The position numbers and the translations under genes were made by a program. The notes below the pieces were generated by a model. That model was not told where the DNA came from. It saw only the letters and a program-made list of their open reading frames with translations, and did not search any database. 30,835 nucleotides of DNA from Candidatus Micrarchaeaceae archaeon (lineage in GTDB: Archaea > Micrarchaeota > Micrarchaeia > Micrarchaeales > Micrarchaeaceae), in NCBI GenBank assembly GCA_050013715.1, contig JBEKES010000006.1, positions 1 to 30,835 of the forward strand, in the 5' to 3' direction. This document shows positions 1 to 7,994 of this stretch, one piece after another (within the stretch, counting starts at the first letter, position 1; each line of letters starts with the position of its first letter).

Positions 1-65
1 CAATAAAAACTTACGTCGTAAAATAAATTTACTTATCAGAGGGCCTTTGCACTTCTGGCGTATAA

Positions 66-76
66 CGGCGAGGGCG
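66..76 (+). repeat. Cassette core 1
   Basis: CGGCGAGGGCG; an inverted T-arm-like motif GGGATTTGAACC lies at 186-197. Confidence 0.85.
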
Positions 77-272
77 GTTCATTTTCTTATAGTAAGTTGT
101 GCTAATTTTGATAAATTTTGACAGATTTTGTATAAGAAATCTTACTGCTCACTTCTTCGAGATAACACGTCTAGAAGTAAAGTAAGGGATTTGAACCGGC
201 AATCCAAACTCACATTTTTCATAAAAGTGAAACTATAAATACTATCTAAAACAGAGATAAAATGTTGATAAC

Positions 273-980
273 ATGGTAGAAACGGTTAAAAGGACTGGTA
301 AAGTATTTGAACTTGGAAATCCTTACCTTAATGAAGGTGGCTCTTGTTATTTTTGGCCTAGTGGCAACCGCGAATCTAATGTGGCTCTTTTTAGAAATAA
401 AAAAGATGCTTTAGGGGAGCACCTTGTTACAATGATAAGAGAATATAACAAAAGCTTAGAAACTAGAATGGAAGAGCCACATTATCCTAGATTACAATTA
501 GCAGATGAGAGCATAACAATCCATATAGGTAACGGTGGAAGATGGTTCGGATTGGGTTATGATATTGGTGGTGGTATTATGTCAATGCATAACCTCGATT
601 CATATGTTGATAGAATTCTGGCATTTAATGTAACTTCAGATTGCCTAGAGTTTTTGCACAAAGATATGAAAGCACCTAAAATAATACCTGAAGGAAATGA
701 AATATATAAAATTGAATATCCGTTGCCAGAGGGTTATAGTTTACTACCAATGAATAGTCCATTTTTACTTAATAGAGATTTGCTAAAACGGATTTGTAAT
801 GTATCTAAAATAGGATTTTTGGGCATTAAAGAACAAAAAACCAAACAAGAAGTATTACTTGATGGTGCTAAAGTAAATATAGAAGATGGCATTTGTATTG
901 GAGAGGGCTTTAAAAGATGGGGTGTTCCACGCTCTACATATTTACTGGCAAAATTAGTAGACTCCTGTACTTTTAACTAA
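273..980 (+). CDS. Hypothetical protein (cassette 1 cargo)
   Basis: 235-aa ORF preceded by a variant of the shared cassette promoter (TATAAATACTATCTAAAACAGAG, 234-256). Confidence 0.75.
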   Translation: MVETVKRTGKVFELGNPYLNEGGSCYFWPSGNRESNVALFRNKKDALGEHLVTMIREYNKSLETRMEEPHYPRLQLADESITIHIGNGGRWFGLGYDIGGGIMSMHNLDSYVDRILAFNVTSDCLEFLHKDMKAPKIIPEGNEIYKIEYPLPEGYSLLPMNSPFLLNRDLLKRICNVSKIGFLGIKEQKTKQEVLLDGAKVNIEDGICIGEGFKRWGVPRSTYLLAKLVDSCTFN

Positions 981-1091
981 ATGTCAACGGTTCAAATAAT
1001 TTTGTGTCGTAAATATTATTGGAATAAAGCTTGTTTATTATAGAGATTTTGAATAAGTTTTCATAAAATAATTAAATCTTCTATAAGAAAA

Positions 1092-2194
1092 GGGGTGTCC
1101 GATAAATAGGTAAATTGAAACCCATTTATCAGTATCATTATTTTGACTGGTTCAGAAAACGAATTTTGCGTTTGGAACTTTGAATACATTATGTATATTC
1201 ACTCTTGTAATCAGTTCCTTTTGTCTCATTTCTTTAAGTTTTGAAGAGATTCCTTCACCAAACGTCTTTTTGAAACTCCAAATTTCACTCTCTATGTGCG
1301 GTCGTTTGTTGTAACCTGATTTTTGTTTCCATTTCTTCTGATTTATCATTCTATGTCTATTTTCTGTTTGCATATGCAAAACAGATTCTCTCCCAGGTCC
1401 ATCTCGCAATCCAAATTGTTCTACAACATGTTTCTTACGAATACCTCTACATTTTATCATTGAATTTCTACGTACTGGTATTACCGCCACAATACCATTT
1501 CTCTCCAGATACCTGAATGTTTTTTCAGAGTCAAATGCACCATCTGCCAATAACTTTTCTAATATTCCCAGAAAAGGATCCAACAACCTTTTTACTACTT
1601 TATTATCATGTATGTATTCTTTTGTTTGTACCATGTTCAATATCTGACCTGTTTTGTCATCTATAAAGAAATGCGTCTTTATCCAACTTTTACGCACTCT
1701 GTATCGCTTACCGCACCATTCATTACTACCTGTTTTCTTCAATCCTGTTGAATCTATTATTCCTACTATTTTATCCTTGGTAAAATTAGAGAATAATCTA
1801 AATTTGATCCCAAATTTTTCCATTTTATTAATTCTCCACCATAATGTCCTAAAATCTGGAATTTTTGGTACTTTCAACTTATCCTTTATCATTTCCATAA
1901 ATCCAGTTACCTGTCTATAACCGTATCTCAACATTGATTTTGCGGTAAATCCTAATAAAATCAGATACGGATTGTAACTAAAAGGCCTGCCTCTCTTCTT
2001 TTTGTTGTTTGATAAAAGGACTTCTTCTGCCATCTGCAAAGATTCTTCCGAAATGTACAGGGTAAAATTACCCCTATTTACTAACATCTGGTTATATAAT
2101 TTCCAATTTCTAGGTGTTCTCATTCTGGTCGCCAAAGTCCAGAATACTCCTAAGGTTTTATACCTTAGGGTTTAGTGGAATTATTGGACACCCC
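1092..2194 (-). mobile_element. IS5-family (IS903-like) insertion sequence, 1103 bp
   Basis: Terminal inverted repeats GGGGTGTCCGATAA (1092-1105) and TTATTGGACACCCC (2181-2194), 13/14 match; flanking direct repeat TATAAGAAAA at 1082-1091 and 2195-2204. Confidence 0.92.
1152..2135 (-). CDS. IS5-family DDE transposase
   Basis: N-terminal NWKLYNQMLVNRG (IS903-like); IIDSTG, LADGAFD and Y-x2-R-x3-E-x6-K (YNKRPHIESEIWSFK) DDE motifs. Confidence 0.92.
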   Translation of the reverse strand: MATRMRTPRNWKLYNQMLVNRGNFTLYISEESLQMAEEVLLSNNKKKRGRPFSYNPYLILLGFTAKSMLRYGYRQVTGFMEMIKDKLKVPKIPDFRTLWWRINKMEKFGIKFRLFSNFTKDKIVGIIDSTGLKKTGSNEWCGKRYRVRKSWIKTHFFIDDKTGQILNMVQTKEYIHDNKVVKRLLDPFLGILEKLLADGAFDSEKTFRYLERNGIVAVIPVRRNSMIKCRGIRKKHVVEQFGLRDGPGRESVLHMQTENRHRMINQKKWKQKSGYNKRPHIESEIWSFKKTFGEGISSKLKEMRQKELITRVNIHNVFKVPNAKFVF

Positions 2195-2219
2195 TATAAG
2201 AAAAGTAAGATACATATAA

Positions 2220-2300
2220 GGGCTTCAATCCGCCGGATTGAAGATCGGCGAGGGCGGACTTCGACGTGTCGCAGTCGAAATTAGCCGAGTTCAAATCCCT
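2220..2300 (+). repeat. Cassette junction 2: hairpin + core + tRNA-like arm
   Basis: CTTCAATCC-GCC-GGATTGAAG hairpin; core at 2246-2256; TTCGAC-GTGTCGCA-GTCGAA hairpin; GAGTTCAAATCCC. Confidence 0.88.
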
Positions 2301-2361
2301 TAATTTTTGTAAAAATAAACACATAAATATCTAATAAAACAAAGTAAATTAAGTGATAGAA

Positions 2362-2814
2362 ATGCCAAGAGGAAACTTAATGGTAGTTACGTTGAAGCAA
2401 CATCTATTTCCAAGTGAAATAGAGCTTAGAAGAAACGCAACTTTAGATAAACCTTCAAAGAAAATTCCAGCTACGCTATGGTTAGATAAGCGTGATCATG
2501 ATCCAGAATACATATGGTTGGGTGTACCAACAGGTATTACTTCAGAAGCTTATAATGGCGTAAATAAAGGTAAAAATACAACTTTTGCTTGTCTCGATCG
2601 CAAAGAAGTAATTGCATTAAAAAGAGAATTGGTTTAATTTCCCAGAAAAGAGGAAAAAGGAAGACGTAAGAGATTGGCCATAAATAGAAGAGGACTTAAA
2701 CTTAATGATTTGCGTAGAAAAGAAATAGAGCAACAACAAACAGAAGAATTGAAACTACACCACGAGAGAATAACTCAAACACAGGGAAGAATGAGGGATA
2801 GAATACATTTTTGA
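2362..2814 (+). pseudogene. Hypothetical protein interrupted by an in-frame TAA at 2635-2637
   Basis: ATG 2362 follows the shared promoter/GTGA RBS; the same frame stays open for 58 more coding-like codons (FPRKEEKGRRKRL...DRIHF) to TGA 2812-2814. Confidence 0.55.
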
Positions 2815-2822
2815 GTGAGTAA

Positions 2823-3344
2823 ATGGCAATTCAAACGAAACCAAAAGTACCTATCGATACTCAAAGAGTTGGGAATATTATAGATGATTGGGCAAGAAAA
2901 ACTGGAAATGGCAATCTCTTAGTTCTTGGGGTATTATCTGCTGCAAGATTAAACAATTATTTATATGAATTAGAACATGTAAAAAAACAAATTGTAAAGG
3001 GAGATTTAAACAAGAGAGATATTAAAAACGCATTAAAAATTGGAATTATAAGAATAGGTATGATTCAATCAGATCATATACATCAACTTTCATTATCAGG
3101 AGAAAATGAACTTGTGATATATTTACCAATATTAAGATATTCGGAAGAGTTAAACTCGTATTTCGGAATTACACCACAAGAACTTAGAGAGGTATTGATT
3201 GATGGTGTAGTTGGTATATTAAGATTTGGAGACGCTCGTTCAGCACAAATTATTGCTACGGTTGCAAACTTGAGCAACGAAGAATTAGGTGCTGGATTAA
3301 AGAGGGCAGAGTCTGATAAAACCATCAAGCTTAGAAGTGAGTGA
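2823..3344 (+). CDS. Hypothetical protein (cassette 2, second gene)
   Basis: 173-aa ORF with the leader TTTTGAGTGAGTAAATG, identical to that of ORFs at 3553 and 9111. Confidence 0.75.
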   Translation: MAIQTKPKVPIDTQRVGNIIDDWARKTGNGNLLVLGVLSAARLNNYLYELEHVKKQIVKGDLNKRDIKNALKIGIIRIGMIQSDHIHQLSLSGENELVIYLPILRYSEELNSYFGITPQELREVLIDGVVGILRFGDARSAQIIATVANLSNEELGAGLKRAESDKTIKLRSE

Positions 3345-3402
3345 TACGCTTCTTTCCATAATGAAGTAGTAATGTGTCAAATGACATACAATGCCATACA
3401 AA

Positions 3403-3494
3403 GGGAAGTTGGTATCACGATACCAGTTCTCGGCGAGGGCGGACTTCGACGTCATTTCGACTGTAAGAGGGAGTGATACACGGTTCAATCTCTT
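3403..3494 (+). repeat. Cassette junction 3
   Basis: TGGTAT-CACG-ATACCA hairpin; core at 3431-3441; GGACTTCGACGTC; CGGTTCAATCTC. Confidence 0.85.
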
Positions 3495-3510
3495 ACCTTT
3501 TCGAAAAGGC

Positions 3511-3552
3511 ACATATAAATATCTAATAAAACAGAGTATTTTGAGTGAGTAA
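3511..3552 (+). promoter_or_regulatory. Shared cassette promoter/RBS module (TATA box + GAGTGA)
   Basis: ATATAAATATCTAATAAAACAGAGTATTTTGAGTGAGTAA-ATG; identical at 9071-9113, close variants at 2321-2364, 4815-4857 and 9880-9922. Confidence 0.75.
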
Positions 3553-3732
3553 ATGACAACAAAAAATTATCCATTGGTAAAAGATACGGATTACAAATTA
3601 ACAAATCTTTCACAGTTGTTCGAAGTCCCAAAAACTGAGAATGTGGTTGTTATACATCATAGAGATTCACTTTTTGTACTAAAAAGGATAAGCAGCACTA
3701 TGTTTTGGGAAACCAACGTACTTAGAACTTAA
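3553..3732 (+). CDS. Small hypothetical protein, 59 aa (cassette 3 cargo; not in the ORF track)
   Basis: MTTKNYPLVKDTDYKL...WETNVLRT*, directly after the shared promoter/RBS. Confidence 0.6.
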   Translation: MTTKNYPLVKDTDYKLTNLSQLFEVPKTENVVVIHHRDSLFVLKRISSTMFWETNVLRT

Positions 3733-3846
3733 CAAATTAGTTTTATCTTCATAAAGATTAGCGGAATAAACAGTTTCTTATAGGGAAGTTACAAATATGA
3801 TACTCAAATAATTAAGTTCTATATAAGCTCCATAAGAAATCAATAA

Positions 3847-3990
3847 GGGCTTCAATCCGACGGATTAAATATCGGCGAGGGCGTCTTCCTTTTTGTAAAG
3901 CCCCCACCTAAAGAAATAAGACATGTCATATCGAAGACAGAGAGTTCAAATCCCATACTGGGCGCATGCTATTAGGGTTCAAATCCTAAT
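3847..3990 (+). repeat. Cassette junction 4
   Basis: GGGCTTCAATCCGACGGATTAAATAT then core at 3873-3883; GACATGTCATATCGAAGACAGAGAGTTCAAATCCC; second T-arm-like hairpin ATTAGG-GTTCAAAT-CCTAAT at 3971-3990. Confidence 0.85.
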
Positions 3991-4040
3991 TAAAAGAGTA
4001 AAACTTCAGATATTTAATACCTTAATTCTTAATTTAGATT

Positions 4041-4688
4041 ATGAAATCCAAGATAAAGTCATTTTTAATTTTTAAAAATAGCAAAGTAAGGAAAATTCCT
4101 AAAGAATTCCAATCTGACGATAATCGTAATCCAGAAAGTTTAGTTGCATACTTCTTGAAAGAATTTACTAAAAAAGGAGATACTGTTTTTGACCCGTTTA
4201 CAGGTTTAGGTACAACTTTGATAGTAAGTGAACAGATGGGTAGAATTCCATTTGGTATAGAATTAGATAAAAAGAGGACAAATTATGTTAAATCTCAAAT
4301 AAAAAATAAACAAAATTTAATTAATGGTAATTCAAAAAATTTAAGTTCATATAAATTACCTTTATTTGATTTCTGTTTTACCTCACCATTATACACGCAT
4401 AATAATGGTAAACCTTACAAACGATATTTAAAGAATATATATGAAATTTTTGCTCAGCTAAAAAACCTAATGAAAAAGAATTCTTACTTAGTTATTGAAG
4501 TATCTAACCTAAAAGATAAAGATGTTACGACCCTTGCATGGGATATAGAAAAAGAAGTTTCTAAAGTTCTCCATTTTGAAGGTGAAATAGTTATTGGTTG
4601 GAAAGGAAAAGATAGTTATGACGATGATGGAAGTTATGGCTATGGATACGACCATAGTTACTGTCTTATCTTTAGAAATGTAAAATAA
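4041..4688 (+). CDS. Orphan amino (N4-C/N6-A-type) DNA methyltransferase-like protein
   Basis: SAM-binding motif VFDPFTGLGTT, GIELD, and catalytic-type motif FTSPLY (SPPY variant). Confidence 0.75.
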   Translation: MKSKIKSFLIFKNSKVRKIPKEFQSDDNRNPESLVAYFLKEFTKKGDTVFDPFTGLGTTLIVSEQMGRIPFGIELDKKRTNYVKSQIKNKQNLINGNSKNLSSYKLPLFDFCFTSPLYTHNNGKPYKRYLKNIYEIFAQLKNLMKKNSYLVIEVSNLKDKDVTTLAWDIEKEVSKVLHFEGEIVIGWKGKDSYDDDGSYGYGYDHSYCLIFRNVK

Positions 4689-4748
4689 TTATAAATCCTT
4701 TACCTTTATCTAAGACAAAGAGTAGGTGTTAAACATATGATTAAAGAA

Positions 4749-4803
4749 CGGCGAGGGCGGACTTAGACGTGTCGCAGTCGGAGAACGCAGGCTTCAAAGC
4801 CAT
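4749..4803 (+). repeat. Cassette junction 5
   Basis: Core at 4749-4759, then GACTTAGACGTGTCGCAGTCGG...GGCTTCAAAGCC. Confidence 0.85.
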
Positions 4804-4854
4804 AAAAAAACACAATATAAATATCTAATAAAACAAAATATAATTGTGATAAAA

Positions 4855-5304
4855 ATGTCTGAATATATAAAATCTCAACGTACTGAAAGAACTCAATTAC
4901 CAGTGCATACGAGTTCAGAAACTTTTACAGTAAAAGATCAGAAGTATGTGGTTCTTAGATATCCTGAAAATAAAGGACCAAATTTAAAACAGGCAATAGA
5001 GATAGAAAACAGCATTCCAGGAAAGAAGTTGCTTACAGGACAAGAAGCAAGAGAAATAATAAGCAATGATGAATTAAAAGTCGCATTTGAACATATATTG
5101 AAAATAGGCGAATGGACATATGTTCGTGATTCGGGAACTGAATCGCAGTCTCGAGCCGCTTACCTAATTTTCCTTAGATTCCGTTGTGGTGTGCACTTCG
5201 ACAGTCTGGATAGTATTGCTTCTCCAGTGGTAATTTTAAAAGAAACCAGCAAAGACATCGTCGCACCAAAAGATCCCGAACTGCTTAGAAAAACAGAAGC
5301 ATGA
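4855..5304 (+). CDS. Hypothetical protein (cassette 5 cargo)
   Basis: ORF after the shared promoter; ATG 4855 follows a GTGAT RBS. Confidence 0.75.
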   Translation: MSEYIKSQRTERTQLPVHTSSETFTVKDQKYVVLRYPENKGPNLKQAIEIENSIPGKKLLTGQEAREIISNDELKVAFEHILKIGEWTYVRDSGTESQSRAAYLIFLRFRCGVHFDSLDSIASPVVILKETSKDIVAPKDPELLRKTEA

Positions 5305-5467
5305 GCCCAAAATAATTAATACTAATCTTTACATAACTTTACATAAAAGTATGTAGTTTAGGGATTTGGCCACAAAATTAGCGGAATTAACACGTTTCTT
5401 ATATGAGTGTAGCAGATTTGTTACGAAAATAATTAAGTTTCATATAAGCTCCATAAGAAATTAATAA

Positions 5468-5515
5468 AGGCTTCAATCCGACGAATTGAATATCGGCGAG
5501 GGCGAACTTCGACCC
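5468..5515 (+). repeat. Cassette junction 6
   Basis: GGCTTCAATCCGACGAATTGAATAT, core at 5494-5504, then AACTTCGAC. Confidence 0.85.
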
Positions 5516-5532
5516 ACCGGTGGTAAAAAGCA

Positions 5533-5563
5533 AACAGTTAAATAGTTTAACTGTTCAACTGTT
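5533..5563. promoter_or_regulatory. Probable antitoxin operator
   Basis: Perfect inverted repeat AACAGTTAAA-TAG-TTTAACTGTT (5533-5555) plus an extra AACTGTT half-site just upstream of the antitoxin. Confidence 0.6.
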
Positions 5564-5577
5564 ATACTGTGATTAAT

Positions 5578-5838
5578 ATGGAAGAAGAATTAGTTAAAAT
5601 GTCTGAAAAAGGCCAATTGGTAGTGCCAAGAAAAATACGACAAAAGGAAGGCTTCAAAAACAGTGACAGATTCATTGCAATAGGTGTTAAAGATGGCGTT
5701 CTATTCAAAAAGATAAATATACCGAAGGTCAAGATAGAATTTGAATCGTTATCTAAAGAGATACAAGCCCATTTCAAAAAAGAAGGCATCACAAAAGCAG
5801 ATGTCGCAGAGGCAGTTAAATGGGCAAGAGAAAGATAG
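5578..5838 (+). CDS. AbrB/MazE/SpoVT-family antitoxin (VapB-like)
   Basis: KMSEKGQLVVPRKIR swapped-hairpin motif; overlaps the PIN gene. Confidence 0.88.
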   Translation: MEEELVKMSEKGQLVVPRKIRQKEGFKNSDRFIAIGVKDGVLFKKINIPKVKIEFESLSKEIQAHFKKEGITKADVAEAVKWARER

Positions 5839-6233
5839 TACTTGATACAAACATACTTATCTCAGCTCTTGGCTGGGAAGGTAATCTAAGCAAGATACTG
5901 GATAAAGTTGTGGATGGAGAGCTTGAGTTTTTCATATCTTATGATCAATTCAATGAGTTCTTAAGGGTTATTAACTACCCGAGATTGAAATTTAGCGAAG
6001 AACAAAAGGCAAGATTTGAGGCACTCATATCTAACCTGGCAACGTTTGTAAAAACACAAGATATACTTGACGTAATAAAAGATGATCCTTCGGACAACAT
6101 GATTTTGGAATGTGCTTTAGTTGCGAATGCAGACTATATTGTATCCGGAGACCTAAAGCATGTTCTTCCAATTAAAAAACTTGGGAGAATAAAGATTGTT
6201 ACTGCAAAAGAGTTTCTTAAATTACTGAAATAA
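5820..6233 (+). CDS. PIN-domain toxin (VapC-like)
   Basis: IVLDTNILISAL, DDPSDNMILECA and IVSGDLKH PIN motifs. Confidence 0.9.
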   Translation: MGKRKIVLDTNILISALGWEGNLSKILDKVVDGELEFFISYDQFNEFLRVINYPRLKFSEEQKARFEALISNLATFVKTQDILDVIKDDPSDNMILECALVANADYIVSGDLKHVLPIKKLGRIKIVTAKEFLKLLK

Positions 6234-6271
6234 ATATATATAATATCATTTAATATCAAACAATAGTATCT

Positions 6272-6349
6272 GGGAAGTTTACTTAAAGTCACGCTTCCGG
6301 CGAGGGCACCTGCTAAATTACACGTCTAAGAATTGGGGTTTAGATCCTG
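6272..6349 (+). repeat. Cassette junction 7
   Basis: GGAAG...CTTCC hairpin; core at 6298-6307; TTACACGTCTAAGAATTGGGGTTTAGATCC. Confidence 0.85.
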
Positions 6350-6388
6350 TTTAGAGATGAGAACACTCAAGGGCTAGTAAAGCATAAT

Positions 6389-6814
6389 TTAAACTATCTT
6401 CTTTTCATCCGCTACGAATATCCAGTGCCGATGGAATTTATCATACATCTGCCCGTACATTCCAAAATGCATCTGGTGCATTTCTTGGAACCTATCTTTC
6501 TCTGCCCCAACCGCAAGCTTATCAAATACAGACTTTACCTCTTCATAATTGCCAGTGACAAATATAGCATACATCTCTCCAAGTATGGGTTCATACTGGG
6601 GTGCAGCCATCCAGTCGGTAGCTGATATTTCTATAATGCCACTTTTCAGATACGCATTTATTATCCGATTATGTTTCTCTTTTGGTATCATTTCTTTCAT
6701 GGGCGTGTCGCCAAGCTTTGTCAATCTCAATTCTCCTCCGAAGCATTCGTGGTAGAAGGTCATCGCTTCAGCACAGTTACCGTCAAACAGAAGAAATGGC
6801 GTAGTCTTTAACAT
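6389..6814 (-). CDS. VOC-family (PhnB-like) protein
   Basis: TPFLLFDGNCAEAMTFYHECFGGEL...FGMYGQMYDKFHRHW; GGGTGA RBS before ATG 6814. Confidence 0.88.
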   Translation of the reverse strand: MLKTTPFLLFDGNCAEAMTFYHECFGGELRLTKLGDTPMKEMIPKEKHNRIINAYLKSGIIEISATDWMAAPQYEPILGEMYAIFVTGNYEEVKSVFDKLAVGAEKDRFQEMHQMHFGMYGQMYDKFHRHWIFVADEKKIV

Positions 6815-6880
6815 ATTTTTCACCCTTTCTTATCTAATACATAAATCAAAAGATAATACTTTTGCCCAGTTAAGATTCAG

Positions 6881-6955
6881 CCTTATTTTTTCTTACCCCT
6901 TTACCAAGCACCAAGGGAGAGATGTTATCATAAGGCAAGAAGACCGGCGAGGGCG
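6881..6955 (+). repeat. Cassette junction 8
   Basis: Left arm CCTTTACCAAGCACCAAGGGAGAGATGTTATCATAAGGCAAGAAGAC closely resembles that of junction 11; core at 6945-6955. Confidence 0.85.
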
Positions 6956-6982
6956 TTTCTTATATGTTGCTCCATTTTCATA

Positions 6983-7795
6983 TTATCCACCAATTGCGAT
7001 ATTTCTAAGCAAAGTCGAAATTCTTACTGCAGAAGCTCTTTCTTGACCTAGCTTTCTAGATATTTTCTTGCTAGCCTCTATTAATTTTATAATGCTTTTG
7101 ATCTCTTCTGATCCAACAATCCTCTTGGTACAGACCTCTAAACACCGAATTGCATCTGCTCTTTGTCCAAATTTTATGTAAACATCTGCAAGATCTACCA
7201 AACTTGGTAACGTACTTTCAAATGAACTAGTATTTCCTGGTCTAATCTCCCAGTAATAATTTGCAAGTCCCAAAGCCATTTCTTTATTATCTAGTTCAGT
7301 CCAGATTTTCGCAAGCCTTACTACGGTATCCAAATCATTAGCATCATAAGCTCTATAACCACCTGCAGATCCCCCACCGAAGCCTAGCCAACCACCTCCT
7401 GTTGTATGTCCGAACTCCAGTGTTCTTGCTTCCTTTGCTAAGCTTTCTGCTATACTTTTCTTCCCAACTTTAAGGCAAAGCTCTGCCGCTTTTGCAATAT
7501 GGGAACTCCATTTATGATCCTTATATCCATTTGCGATCTTTTGGGCGCAGTCTTCTGCCTTGCTAACAAGCCCAAGCCCCAAGTATATAGAACCTGCATC
7601 ATAAAGATCGAAGTAATCTCTACTAGCAAGAACATCTGCGCAGAGCTTTGCTCTTTTTCTATCGCCAGTCTTAAGCCATCTATGGCCTGCCTCTGCATAG
7701 TTTCTATTTATATTCAGTTTCAGTTCCTCTATCTGGGCGCTTGTTAGCTTATCTTCCATTCTAATATGTGCTTCTTTTATTGCTTTATTTCTCAT
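6983..7795 (-). CDS. Alpha-helical repeat (TPR-like) hypothetical protein
   Basis: Repeated A-x2-Y/C-L-x-x-G-x4-A helices and a Gly-rich loop; GGTGA RBS. Confidence 0.6.
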   Translation of the reverse strand: MRNKAIKEAHIRMEDKLTSAQIEELKLNINRNYAEAGHRWLKTGDRKRAKLCADVLASRDYFDLYDAGSIYLGLGLVSKAEDCAQKIANGYKDHKWSSHIAKAAELCLKVGKKSIAESLAKEARTLEFGHTTGGGWLGFGGGSAGGYRAYDANDLDTVVRLAKIWTELDNKEMALGLANYYWEIRPGNTSSFESTLPSLVDLADVYIKFGQRADAIRCLEVCTKRIVGSEEIKSIIKLIEASKKISRKLGQERASAVRISTLLRNIAIGG

Positions 7796-7994
7796 GTTCA
7801 TCACCTATTAATTTTAATATAAGTATACCGAGTTCTGTTAGGTCAACAGTTCCGTTCCATTCTAAAAGGCCCTGTTTCTTAAGAATTTGTGCGTTCAGTT
7901 TAAGAGTAGAAAGAGGCACATTGTAATATTTTGATAGATTCCTAAGCAATGCTGTTATATTCTTGTTCCCATCAACACTTGAAAGAATTAGCAA
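7785..7994 (-). CDS. Small winged-helix protein; start uncertain, possibly frameshifted
   Basis: LSKYYNVPLSTLKLNAQILKKQGLL...VDLTELG wHTH pattern. The frame stays open upstream to ~8078 without an ATG, while the RBS-linked ATGs (8077/8074) are out of frame. Confidence 0.55.
   Translation of the reverse strand: MLILSSVDGNKNITALLRNLSKYYNVPLSTLKLNAQILKKQGLLEWNGTVDLTELGILILKLIGDEHEK

Noticed and set aside
2246..2300. Functional tRNA genes at the junctions
   Set aside because: No 5' acceptor strand or D arm, and the elements are in permuted order; a full cloverleaf cannot be built.
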